DNA from: Camelus ferus
Taxonomy: Eukaryota
Reading direction: 5' to 3'
NCBI RefSeq assembly: GCF_009834535.1
Contig: NC_045696.1
Coordinates: 30,258,001-30,322,000 of the forward strand
DNA length: 64,000 nt
The notes beneath the pieces are model-generated. The model did not search any database and was not told the DNA's origin. It was given only the letters and a program-made list of their open reading frames with translations. This document shows, one piece after another, positions 27,138 through 39,528 of the stretch (position 1 is its first letter; each line of letters opens with the position of its first letter). The position numbers and the translations under genes are program-made.

Positions 27138-27656
27138 TTTCTTTTTTTTAAGTGAAGTATAGTTGATTTATAACATTGCCTTAGTTTTAGGTGTATGGCC
27201 TAGTAATTCAGTTATTTTATTTTATTTTTTTGCAGATTATATTCCATTATAGGTTACTACAAGATATTGAATGTAAATACTTTTTGCTTACCCATTTTAT
27301 GTATAGTAATTTATATCTGTTAATCCCATACTCCGAATTTGTCCCTCCTTCACTTCCTCTCCCTTCTGTTAACCATAAGTTTGTTTATGTCTGTGAGTCT
27401 GTTTCTGTTTTGTATGTAGATTCATTTGCATTAGTTTTAGATTCCAAATATAAGTGATATCATATAGTATTTGTCTTGCTTTGACTTATTTCACTGAGTA
27501 TAGTATTCCCTAGGTCCATCTATGATGCTGCAAATGGCAATATTTCATTCTTATTTGTGGCTGAGTAATTTTTCATTGTATATATATACCACTTGTTGAT
27601 GGGGACTTGGGTTGTTTACATATCTTGACTATTGTTAATAGTGCTGCTATGAACAT
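27138..27656 (-). mobile_element. Cetartiodactyl-type L1 3' end, 5'-truncated
   Basis: Poly(T) then gaagtatagttgattta...taaccataagtttgttt...gtgctgctatgaacat. Confidence 0.9.
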
Positions 27657-28179
27657 GTGATTTCCTTTGTTCAGACAAGGAAATGAAACAATGCAATTTA
27701 TCCTGTTTATCTGTTCATTTTCAAAGTTTACATACATTTCTGCTCTTTAATCATGTCAAATGAGGAATAGATGGCTCAAAGGAGATAAGGCCATCACTTT
27801 GCAATGGTGTTCTTTTTTTTATAAGAAAAGATTGTGTTTACTCTTCTAAAAAGTTACTGTACAACCATCTTAATTGCAAAAACAGAGATTCACGGGAGAA
27901 AGATATGGAATTTGAAAATATAGATTCAATATTCACATATCTACCACAAAATGTAAGTTTATATTTATAAATGGGAACTATGTATATTGTTTTCATAGTG
28001 TAGGATTAAATAACCTAAATAGTCCCTATATTCTGAGAGTGAGTGATTCTGAATCTCTGAGTGGGTGATCTTTCTTTTTTCTCCTCTATTAAGGGGATAG
28101 CTACAACTTAAGACACCGGGAGCAATAAATAGATGATGATAGATAGTTAGGTAGATAGAGAGATAGCTAAGTATACATA

Positions 28180-28668
28180 TGTGAGTGAAAATATTGCCAG
28201 CCATATCAGTAAACAAAGAATGCTGTGGCCATCAAGTCATCAGCTGCTATCATCACCCCCAAAGTCATCAGCTGCTACCATTACCCCCAAAAGTGAGCAA
28301 AGGGAACTCAGGATGCAGACAAGCAGGCAGCTCTGAGGAAACTCAGGATACTGGCCTTAGACAGCTAGGTGCATGTCAAAGGAATGATTTCAATGAGCCC
28401 AGACCTTTGCACCTTCCCATATATAGAAAGTCACTAAATTCTTTAACTTGAGATGTCTGGTTTTCTTTAATTAACAGTAATCTTTTGAGTTCTGACTACC
28501 TACCTTTGTTGTAAAAACTGCTATATACCCTGGCTCCTCCTCTACCTCTTTGGAGCATCTCTCAGAGCTATCTGAGAGGCTGTCATCCCAGACTCATGTC
28601 CTCAGAAATGTCCACCAAGTAAAACATAACTCTCAACATTTAGGTTGTGCATTTTATTTCAGTTGACA
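28180..28668 (+). mobile_element. MER41-like ERV1 solo LTR, TSD CATA
   Basis: TG...CA ends, CATA at 28176-28179 and 28669-28672; reverse-complement homolog of 9096-9584. Confidence 0.9.
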
Positions 28669-30839
28669 CATACATATTCTTGAATGCAATTTTAATACTT
28701 TCATATTTTCCATACTTTGACTTAACTTGTATATATATAGAGAGGATTTCTCTCCAGTCAACATCCTTCAGTATCAATCTCTATAAGTTTTTACTTCATA
28801 CCTACTTAGTCTTAATTACTACTTTTTCTGCCTCCTTTAGCATATATTTTTCTCTAAAGACCCACAGTTAATTCCCTAAATGATATACTGCAAGCACCCC
28901 AGTTATTCACTTTTCTATTACTGATTATTTTCCCAAGCTGGACACACATTGCACAATCCCAGATCTTCAGAGCATGCTTCTGCTCCATATCTATTTCTGA
29001 ATGTTTTTGTTTGGTTTTACTCTTCTTCCATATATATTGTTTTTTCAGAAATATAGTTTAAATTATATATAAAACTATAAACAGTAAAGTTCTTAGTGTA
29101 TTCTGCCCTAAAATAAGATTATATTGAAACTTGTATCTTAAACATTTAAATCCCATTACAATAATTTTCCCAACCAAAATCCTAATAATATGTTTATACC
29201 TATAAAACTCAGAGACATTGGAAACATTCACATAAAACAAGATACATTTATTTCTAGTGTGACTATAACACATTCTCTTAAGCCTAGAGCCAGTTTTATT
29301 GTATTCTGATTCTTCCACTTACAAAACTGAGAGGATGTGAAACCTATAAATTCCTAAAATCTATTTCATCCAAATTACATTTGGTGTTTATTTGAGCTGT
29401 GTTGCTTCCCACCAAAGTGATTTGCTTTCATTGAAATGAAAATAAGAAACTTACTCAATACAGAGAAAGGCATTTATTTGATTTTTTTCCTTAGGTTTAT
29501 AGTCAGCATTGTAATTGCTCTGTGCTTTTTTATTTGTTTGTTTTTTATTTCCAGTGTTTTCATAGTATTACTAGGAAACTTAAAAAGACAAGTTTTTGAT
29601 ATTAACATGTCTTAATTTGTGATTTTTTTGGCTCAATTATGCACCTAATAGACTATCAGAGTAATGCTATTCTGAATTTCAGACTTTAATTTTATTTTTT
29701 AATACTACTCAAAAATATTGGTTCTTTTGGGTTTAATGAAATATATACATATATAATTTATAATTTATATATCTATTTATAGATATAATTTCTAATCTAG
29801 TTAGTTTGTTGACTTTAAAGCACATTTGTAACATAAAAACTACTTTTGCCTAAATTATATTCTTGTATGTAGAAAGATATAAAATTTATTGCAAATTTTT
29901 TAGACAACATCTACCATTTTTAAAGTATTTAACTTTTCAATATATGAATTGATTTGCCTTCCTTTTCTTCTTAGGAAAAAATTCACTTCTTTGTTAAAAC
30001 ATATTTATATTTATATTCTATTGAATAATTTACTCACTGAAGCTCCGTGTAGGGGTAAATTGTTTTTTTTTTCCCCTGTCTTGCCAAATTACAGATTAGA
30101 ATTATCCTTTTTAAAAGTTCCTTGCTGAATCTTCTAAAAATCTTTGATTATGGTTTAAAATAATTGTTATTAGCCTTATATGGACTCCATTTTGGTACTT
30201 TTATTTCTTTGAAATGCTCATAATTAAGTGTGTATAATTAAGTCTTTCACTAAAATTGTCTTAATTGTTTTGGTCCCAATAAAAATGACAAACACACACC
30301 TTGAGTCTATTTAATGCCTTAAAATTGTTCCCCATGAGTTATATTATATAGTAGGGACCAGATTCATAAAATATTTTACACACCATTTCCTTCAGAACTT
30401 TAAACATTTTCCTCAACTTAGAGATTTCTGGACAAAGTACAGATAATTCTGATTTACAACAATCCTTAGGGAGAATTTACTTTTCCTTTATTATTTACCT
30501 CATTATGTGCTATGCATAAATTTAAAGGGGCAATTCATTGATAATGAAAAATGCAGTGACCTAACTAACATATTGCTATAAATTCTTTCCTTCTAAATTT
30601 TAGACTATTACAGACAATGACAATATAGGCTTAGATAAAATTTTCATGTAAACTGTGTCATATTTAGATTGAAAGAGCTTGTGAGGATGATGTAACAAAG
30701 CGATGTGGTCATGCAGATTGGATTTCATTAGCATCAACTCACCTCTGCAGGTTTAGAAACATTTTTCGAAGATGAAGGCAGTACCCTTTATTCCTGAATT
30801 CCATTTGTACTGAACTGTCATCTAACACCAAATGGTTCA

Positions 30840-31009
30840 GAGGGAAGGTTATAGCTCAAGTGCTAGAGCGCATGCTTAGCATGTACAAAGCCCTGGGTTC
30901 AATCCGTAGTACCTCCTCTAAAAATAAATAAATAAATAAATAAACAAACAAACAAACCTAAATATTTACCCCCCAAAAAAGAGTTAAGTGAAGAAAGAAG
31001 TGTTAAAAA
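30840..31009 (+). mobile_element. Camelid tRNA-Ala-derived SINE (Vic-1 type), long tail
   Basis: tagctcaagtgctagagcg...ggttcaatcc, (TAAA)n tail, TSD aaatggttca/aaatgattca. Confidence 0.9.
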
Positions 31010-31409
31010 AAATGATTCATTTTATTTTCATTTATTTCTCTTTGCTTCCCTTCCACCCTGCCCCCCCATTGTGTAGTTAAAATTGCTGGGTTTCTCTATT
31101 ATCCTAACTGACCTTTGCTAGGTGACTGCTAGACAGTCTGATAAACAGAGTTTCTAAATTACCTCTTATTTACATTACATGGAGGCTCTTCAATGTTGCA
31201 TGCCAAAATAGGGACTGCTTTTGAGACTTTCATGTAGGCTAATAGAAATAAGAAATGTATTTAGCAGAGTACAATTACCGGAGTAAAATAGCTATCAAAC
31301 TGCAAAAGAACTTTCATGGGTGTTCTCCTACATTCTTCCTTTCCCCGCCTCATTTTATTTTCGTTAGTTCCTAACACTACATAAAAACCATCAGTTATGC
31401 CAGCCCCAC

Positions 31410-31515
31410 TAAAATGTGAACTTATTTCCACAGAGATTTTTTTCTGTTCAGCACTGTAACACCAACAACTACAACAGTATCTGACATAGGAGGAAATTAA
31501 TATTTTTTAAGATTA
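31410..31515 (+). mobile_element. L2 3' fragment
   Basis: aaatgtgaac...tgttcagcactgtaacacc...aacagtatctgacatag. Confidence 0.55.
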
Positions 31516-31859
31516 AAACAAATGCATCCTTGAAACAAGAGGACAATAGAGTTCAGACATCCACATTCCCCCAAAAGAGGGATTTTTTATTTTCTTACAG
31601 TTTATGCCAATGTTGAATGTATTTCTTTTCATATTGCATTTCTAAATCTCATGTTTCACATGTTTGTATATATATCCCCCTCATCTGAGTGCTTCTTTGA
31701 AATACTGACTTTAAGTCAAACAGTACTCTTTATAGATTTATATCTCCAGTATGATTTAATGAATCAACCAAAAATACTCTTTTCTCCTTTTTCTCTAGTT
31801 TTAAAGAGACCTTTGTTTCTCTTCTGTATAAAATGTTAGGGTTTCAAATTCTGGTGACA

Positions 31860-32060
31860 AGGGCGGGAGATTTAGAGCCAGCCAAGTGTTTGAGTCTGAG
31901 ATTTACCCTTTGTTTCCCATATAATATTGAGAAGACTATTTACCTCTGCAAGAGTCTCAGTTACATCTTCTATAAAATTGGAAATAAAAAATCCTTGTTC
32001 AAGCTACATCATAAAATCAAGAGAATGAGAAAGTTTGAAATTGCTTTATAAACACTAGAG
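31860..32060 (+). mobile_element. MIR fragment
   Basis: tttacctctgcaagagtctcagttacatcttctataaaattggaaataa. Confidence 0.6.
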
Positions 32061-32920
32061 AACTAAGTTTGTGCCTTTTTTCTATTAAACCAAATAATAA
32101 AACGTTTCTTTGAAATATTATGTTAGAGAACTTCAATTCTGGCATCCAATTGAACTACACTGTAATTGGAATAGTTAGAATATAAAATTAAAATAATCAA
32201 GGGCTCCAGTTCTGTATAAATATTTCTACTAACTTGTTATCATTTTATAAAATTTTTATAAGTGCCACTGGGAAATGTCAAAAAAGATAGAAACTTTTCT
32301 TGTAAAAATTTTGAAATTTAATCTGAAGAAGAGAAGAGAAAATGAAATGAAAGTAGACTAGATAGTGCAGGGTGAGTTTGAGAATAATCATTTATTTCTT
32401 CAGCATTTTCTCATCCCAGGTAAATGATAAAGAAAATTCCAAAGTTAAAGGAATCAGAGCTAGAATCTAATGGTATGTAGATCCAAATTCCATGAATTTT
32501 AAGGAACTTCAGATTCATTGCTCATAAAATAAACAATAAAAACAAGTTAATAAAGTCAACTTAGAACTTACAATCTATCTTCCTGAAAATAAGTCAAAGA
32601 CTTTTAAAACAAATAGAGAAATTATCAGGTTAAACAAATACCACCTGCTTTAGAAAGATGAGAGATGGTAATGATGGTAGATTATAAAAAGTTGACCATT
32701 CCACATGGCTTTTCTTTAGTGCAGTTTAAAAAGAGCCATTGTATACACTATTTTACATTAGTTATGCATGATAACTATTATATAACCCATGTATTGTATC
32801 AGATCAAAAACAACTATTTCAGACCAAAGGGTTTTGGTAATTTGGGAAAGTATTCTATAAAGCTCTACTCTATTTTAATGGCTGAAGCATCTGGACAAAG
32901 ATTAGGAAGGATTTTTAGAC

Positions 32921-33290
32921 TACTGGAAGAACTGAATTGGTTCCCCCCAAAATTCATAGTTTAAAACCCTAATCCCCTGTGTGACTATACCCCTGTGTGG
33001 TAATTAAGGTTAAATGAGATCATAAATTTATGACCCGAATTCAATGGAATTGGTGTTCTTACAAGAAAAGGAAGAGACACCAGGATTGTGTGTGCACAGA
33101 AGAAAGGCCAAGTGAGGACATAGCAAGAAGGTGGCCATCTGCAAGCCAAGGCGAGAAGCCTCAAGAGAAACAAATCCTACTGGCACCTTGATCGTGGTCT
33201 TCTAGCCTCCAAAGCTGAGAAAGCACATACATGTTGCTGCAGCCACCCAGTCTGTGGTGTTTGTAATGGCGGCCCTCACAGACTAAAATG
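32921..33290 (+). mobile_element. MLT1A0/MLT1A MaLR LTR
   Basis: ccccccaaaattcata...gtaattaaggttaaatgag...ggccatctgcaagccaag...gccacccagtctgtgg. Confidence 0.9.
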
Positions 33291-34189
33291 TTACTCAAAG
33301 TATTGTAAAAGTAATAACATTTGAGAAGCTGACATTTTCTTCAAAAACAGATAAAAAGAGGCAGCAGGACCAAGATCAAGAACTAAGGGGACAAGACAGC
33401 TGTGTCCAGAGACTTGGGGACATTATCAGCAATATTGGTTATGAAGTAATTTCTGGCCAGGCTTTCCCAAACCTCAACAAGGTCAAAGCTAAGTGCAATA
33501 TGTCAAAAGGCAGCATGATAAAGAAAACTGTATTTGGCATGAAGTTTTTACAGTGTTTTTCATCCAAACCAGAGGTAAAAATGCTAAGATTTGGAATTCA
33601 CATCCCTGGATGTTCACATCTTCAACTGTCTCCTTTCCCATATTTTTGCTGAATTTCTGGATAATTATCTCTAGAGTAAAAGGATCCCCAGGCAAAGTAA
33701 CAGGAGGAAGTACACTCATATAAGTGAGAAAAACCTATTCAGGCCTAGATAGAATTATTGTTCATGAATGAATAACTAGAAAAATCACTGATAAGTTTAT
33801 AAGAAAAGATTCTGTAACATAAAGAAATAAAACATGTAGAACTCAATAAATGGTTGAAAATATACTTATGAAAGTATTTCCTAAAGGAATAAGAAATAGA
33901 TTGTAGTATTGTATATTCTAAAACAAAACCTGTGAATTATGAATTAAAAAGGATGTAATAAGGTAGAAGGAGAAAGAAAAGTAATTGGAATACTGTGTGA
34001 AATACAATAAAAATGTTATGAAAATAAGCAAATGATAACTTTTATTAAAAACCTTAAGAACATTAAAAAAGTAAAATTTGGACAATGGATAATCATATCA
34101 GCATTATTAGTCACCTGCTTGTAACATACTCTTAGAATGAAAATGATCAGGGATATAATAACTATGGAAAAGACATAATAGAAATGATG

Positions 34190-34312
34190 TCATTCATCCA
34201 TCCATTCAAGTCAAATCTCTACTGTCTAGTGTTGACTTACAGGGACTACATTTGGTACTGGGGATTATGTCATGAGCATTAACAGACCTGCCTATCATGC
34301 AGAATTACAATA
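34190..34312 (-). mobile_element. L2 3' fragment
   Basis: cattcatccatccattca tail followed by ggtactggggatt...aacagacctgcc. Confidence 0.55.
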
Positions 34313-35059
34313 GCTTTTCCCACCAAGCTTTAGTGTCTGCTAGGCAAATAGCAAAGGATTTAATCTCATTCAATCTCAGAAAGTTCCGTCAGTAAACCGG
34401 GCAGCTTCCTTTAGTCTAGTGAAAAGGGAATCACAGCATTTAGACTCACCTCTGGAAGCTATCAGTTTTTCTGTAAGTTCTGTCACCAGCTCACAAGGCA
34501 GAACTTCAGTGTGTTCGGGGATGCTGTGAACGCTCCCAGACTTGCCAACGGTGATGTCCTCCTTTACGTCCATTTCACCACTGAGTTTTGAGGAGCTGCT
34601 CCATTTTAAGGATATGTCTCTTTGACATTATCGACAACATGGTATTTATTTCAGTTTTCATAATTATGTTTAAGCATTTCCCTGCTAGTTGTTATATAGA
34701 AGAAAACTATGAGGACCAGTGATGGAACATTTGCAACATTACAAAAATTTTATTTATCTTGAATAAATGATTCAAAGATACATCATTATGTATGTATATT
34801 AGTTCTCTTATTTGAATTATCTTTATTCCTGATGGTGAAGCACATTGGGCTACATATAATAAATCCTAATTTGAAATAAAGTATATAAGCTATTCACACA
34901 GAGATAATTTGGAGAATTAGGGTCATTATTATACATTAAAGTTAAAATTGTAGATAATCTCAATAATTCAACATTTTAGGTACTGCACAAATGGATATCA
35001 TTAAAAGTAAAAATGTAAATGCTATTCCAGGACCATTCAATAGATGGTTTTGGAGGAAC

Positions 35060-35450
35060 TTTTTTTTAAAAAATTGAGATGTATTTCTTATTCAGTGAAA
35101 TACATAAGTAATTTGAATGTACAGTTTTTTGATTTTTGACAAACACTTAACATCTAAGTAATCCACATGCCTGTCAAAATGTGGAGGTTTCTTCTGGCCC
35201 TTTCACATTCAGTTTTGTCTCCTCCACTCTTCTGGTGCCTATCATTCTGGAGTAAATTTACTCTTTACAAAACATTATATGCATGCAATTGTACAGTGGG
35301 TACTGTTTTGAGTCTAGCTTCTTTCACTCAGTACAGATGTTTGGGGATTCAACCATGTAGTTGTGTATCAGTATTGTATTCCTTTTTGTTTCAAAGAGTA
35401 TTTTATTATTTGCATTTACTGTAGTTGTTCATGTAGTCTTCTGCTGGATT
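35060..35450 (-). mobile_element. L1ME/L1MB 3' UTR
   Basis: aattgagatgtatt...gtctagcttctttcactcagtac...gattcaaccatgtagttgtgtatcagt. Confidence 0.75.
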
Positions 35451-35949
35451 TCTGTTTCCTCTTGGAGAGTAAACCTGATCCAGTGACTCCATCTTATTTG
35501 AAAGCAGTGGTCTGTTTAGAAAAGACTAGTTAAGAATGTCACCATGTGCAGCATCAACACAATGGCAGTCTTGCAGTGCCTCTCCGATGCAGCTCAGTAT
35601 CCCAAGCAGATATCACTCAGAGGTGTTGTCTGGTCTCGAGAGATAAGAGTGATGAGGCAAGATTCATCTCAGCTCAGGAAATCCATTATCAATGTTCTTT
35701 CAGCTTTCGTACCTTTTCAGCTGTTGCTCCTCAACTATAGGTTATAAAATAAACGATCTTGAAACCCTCAAGTACAGTGTATTTCTGTTCAAACTGAGAA
35801 CAGTGTAGAATACCGAGCAAGATAAAAACAAATCCTTGCTTATTTTAGATTTGGTGCACTTCTTTTTATTTATTGAGTTGATATTGAAAGGGGTTTAACA
35901 AAAGATCAAAATTTCAGGCATCCTCAAAGCTGGAGGTATGGCAGTCATG

Positions 35950-36260
35950 AGGTTGTGTCACTTGTATCTCCCTTTAAAACATAGCCTGCTGTTCAGCCGC
36001 AAGGAGTTCAGTTAGCCTCTCTGCGTTTGCACCATAGGGACCCACTTCAGCTTTTGAGCCAGGGTTGCCCTCTTCTGGGGCAGTCCTCAGCCAATAGGCC
36101 AGTATAGTGGGAGTGCTAAGACTGACTTATTTCTGCTCAATGTCAGACTCTTCTCTTAGATAATCTTTGCTCAGGAACATCCTGTTGAGTTGACTGAGAC
36201 CGTCATATCTACTGTCATGATATTCTTGTCCATCCTATCCACCCCCTAATCTCTTGTCTT
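35950..36260 (+). mobile_element. LTR16-type ERVL LTR fragment
   Basis: gccagggttgccctcttctggggcagtcctcagccaat...gttgactgagacc resembles LTR16A/B. Confidence 0.6.
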
Positions 36261-36365
36261 TTTATCTAAGCCTAATTCTTTCCACTTTATACTGTCTGTT
36301 CAATATCCTACCTATCTATGTCAAAGGAATGCATAAATCTAAAGCCTACAGTCTTTCCTCCTGAT

Positions 36366-36510
36366 TTAGTTGGGTCCTGCAGGAAGTCCATGAAGCTGAC
36401 ATCAAGGCAGAGTTAGAAGTGCAAGAGATTTACTGGACAGGAAGGAGGAAACCTGTAAAAGAGAAAAAAGAAAAACCTGAAATGAGCACAGAAATCCTTT
36501 GGAACTTGAT
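36366..36510 (-). mobile_element. LTR16/LTR33-type ERVL LTR fragment
   Basis: gagttagaagtgcaagagatttactgg...acctgtaaaag. Confidence 0.5.
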
Positions 36511-37254
36511 CCATAAATTTAGCACAACAATTCATAAAAAAACAAAACCAAAAACAAACAAACAAAAACTACCCATCTAGAAGACTATTATTTTTTTTCT
36601 GTTTAAAAAATCTACCATTTGCTAATTTCTAAAAGATATTTTCATAAGTATACTACTGTAAAATCTTAAAACCTTATAATGAGTTTTGTGTTTTCACTAA
36701 AAATCTTACCCCATTAACTAAACTTAAAATGTTTCATCTGGTTCCGTGGATACTTGTGTGATATACTGGCTTAAAAACCAAAGAATAGCAAAATAGTACA
36801 ATTGCTTTTATCAGCCTAGAACTTTAGAAGACTTAATGCAAAATAAACTATTGCAACTAATACTGTTGTAAACATGTTTCTCAGCGTAGGTTTTACTTTA
36901 AAAGTCCCAGTGAAAGAACCAGAAGACTCTACAACACCATGACAAAATTCCCCTTCGTGAAACATTTAAAATAATCTCTGAATCCCAGAAGTTTCTTTGT
37001 ATTTATTAAAATTCTGAAAGAAAACTCTGAACTCATTAGCTTCCACTGTTTATCCCTTATTTTCTGAGTGAGTACTGTAATCAAAATTAAATTTGCTTTG
37101 AAATACAGTGTAATAATATGATAATGTAATAATACATCACAAGGGTAAATTCCTCATGGCATACCTCTTCGGAATCTGCAAATCTCCTAGCATTCAATGC
37201 ATCTCTTGTGACTAACAATTATGTGTGGTTTTGTGCAAAATATGATAGAAAGCT

Positions 37255-37380
37255 GGTTATTCATTCTTTTTCATTCATTTGTTCCTTTGTTCATTTATTC
37301 AATAAACATGTGTTGAGTATCCATGATGTGCCAATTAATGAGTATATAGAGATATAATCCCTGACATAAAGGAGCAATTA
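37255..37380 (-). mobile_element. L2 3' fragment
   Basis: ttcattcatt...caataaacatgtgttgagtatccatgatgtgcca. Confidence 0.65.
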
Positions 37381-38479
37381 AATATCTCTACTTTTCCTTC
37401 AGGGCTTACAGTGATATTGAAATGAATATACTGCTTTTGTAGTTTATATACAATTGTTTGTATTGGGTGCATACAAAAATCCTGTCATGTTTAATCATCT
37501 TCACTTTTCTTCATAGCCCTGAAAGAGATGCAGACCTAGAACGTTGCATAATATAGATAAAATTATGTCATGTGCAAGATGTCTTTCTTTGCTCTTCTGG
37601 CTCTTGGAAATCTCAGCCTGATTTTCTCTGGTTCCAGTGTAGTCAGGGGCTTAGCTTACTTTAATGTCATCATAAACCATTTAGTCACCTAGTGCTGCAT
37701 CTTCCTTTTTTTTTTTTTTTTTTTTGATAAGCTTAAGTTTATCTGAGGTTTTTTGAGTGAATGTGGTTTGCACATGTTGGACCAAGTGGATGTGAAGTTC
37801 TTAGGGGATAAGTTCAGCCTAGCTGATTGCTGCCTGGGCTTGTAAATCTCAACGTCAGAAGGAGTAAAGGAAGGTAACTGGTCTCTAACTTCCACAGGGC
37901 TCCCTGGTGGAGGAAAGAACAGTACTCAATGTTGGGGAAGCTTAAACTGTGTAAATCTCACCAACAAGTCTCTATAGTCCCTCCTAGTCCTCTCTCTCAA
38001 AGTCTGTGGTTTTTAGATTGGCCTTGAAGGCCAGTGACTTTTGAATTCAAAGTCAAGATTTTGCTGCTTTTTTTTCCCCTGTTCAAGTCTAGTGATCTAG
38101 AGTGGAGATAGGCATGTTTTCTGATACAAATATAGGACTAGACCATGTATATTTAAGGAAAGACAATGAACACACACTTCTAAATATTATGTTACCATTT
38201 TGTTCTAATTGTTGGAAATTTTTAGCTAACTATGAAAGATAAAGAAGGTTAAGATCTGATTTGGTTAATAAGCATCTCAGCAACAAACAGTCTATTCAGT
38301 TAATCTCATGATACTCAGAAAAATCCATGACTCAAGTTTACTTTGAGGACTGTGCTTTTTATGTAAATTACTATTTTCAGATCTGCTATATTTGTGCAAT
38401 CATTAAAATTATGGGCATTTTTAATTATGTATTTCAAACTTAGGTCATTAAAGATATACATGGATACCTAGAGATCTAA

Positions 38480-38996
38480 AAAACAACAATTGTGGAATAG
38501 CAGAAAAAAGTGTATAATTCCTAAGTTATGATTTTCAAAAATTGAACACATCCACGAAACCAGCACCTGGATCAAAAAAAAAAAAAAAAAAAAACCTGGC
38601 CTGCTTTTCAAAAAGCCTCATTCTCTTCCCTTTCCAATTGTCATCACTCTGTTCACCAGTGTAACATTATCTTGCCTCTTGACGGTGTAGTAGTTTTGTC
38701 TGTTTTAGATCACATATAAATGGAATTCTGTCTTCTGTGACTGGCTTCACTGCTCAATGTTATGTGTGTTATTTTCACTGATACTGGTGCATGGGGTATC
38801 AATTTACTTATTCACAGTGATGTCTGGTATTCTATTCTGTAATAGCTGCAGTTTCTTTATCCATCCCACAGTGAATGGACATTTTTCTAGTTTTCTGCTT
38901 GGAACTGTGATAATTAACACTATGAACATTGTTGTACATGTCTTTTGGCAGGCGTTTCTGATGGGTATATACCTAATGGTGGAATTCCTTGGTTAG
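38480..38996 (-). mobile_element. L1ME2/3-like 3' UTR
   Basis: gaacacatccacgaaaccagcacctggatca...gttttgtctgtttt...atggacattt...tatgaacattgttgtacatgtcttttgg. Confidence 0.75.
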
Positions 38997-39528
38997 ACCT
39001 CCTTCTTTGGTATTATATTACTCTTTTGATTCAGCTCCAAAGTAAAAAAAAAAAGCCTGAAACTAGTATTGTAATATTTTTATACAAATAATGTACATAT
39101 AGTTAAGATAAGCTATATATTTATGTATTATATTTTCTTATTAGTTCATCTCAGCTTTATTCTTTCACTATTATAATTTAATTTTATTATGACCCAGCTA
39201 CTAATTAATATATCCAATTAATTACAATATTTATGGAACATATAATCTGTCCGGGTAGTAAGCAAGGCAATTTATTGAAAAGGTGTATTTTTGAGAGATT
39301 ACAAATAAAAGAGAAACAGAATAATATCACAAAAAACCATTAGATTATTATGGGTAGTGAACAAAGATTATTGTGATTATTATTGTATAGATTATTGTGT
39401 TAGAGTGTCAAAATTTAATACCATATTAAAATCTCAATATATTTTTATTTGTTTTCAAATTTTAACCACAAAAAACCTTGCATTATCATTTACCAAAATA
39501 TATGAGACAGTCATGCAAATTACCTTTG

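Noticed and set aside
35544..35747. Overlapping ORFs in a GC-elevated unique stretch
   Set aside because: No recognisable product and no clear splice sites.
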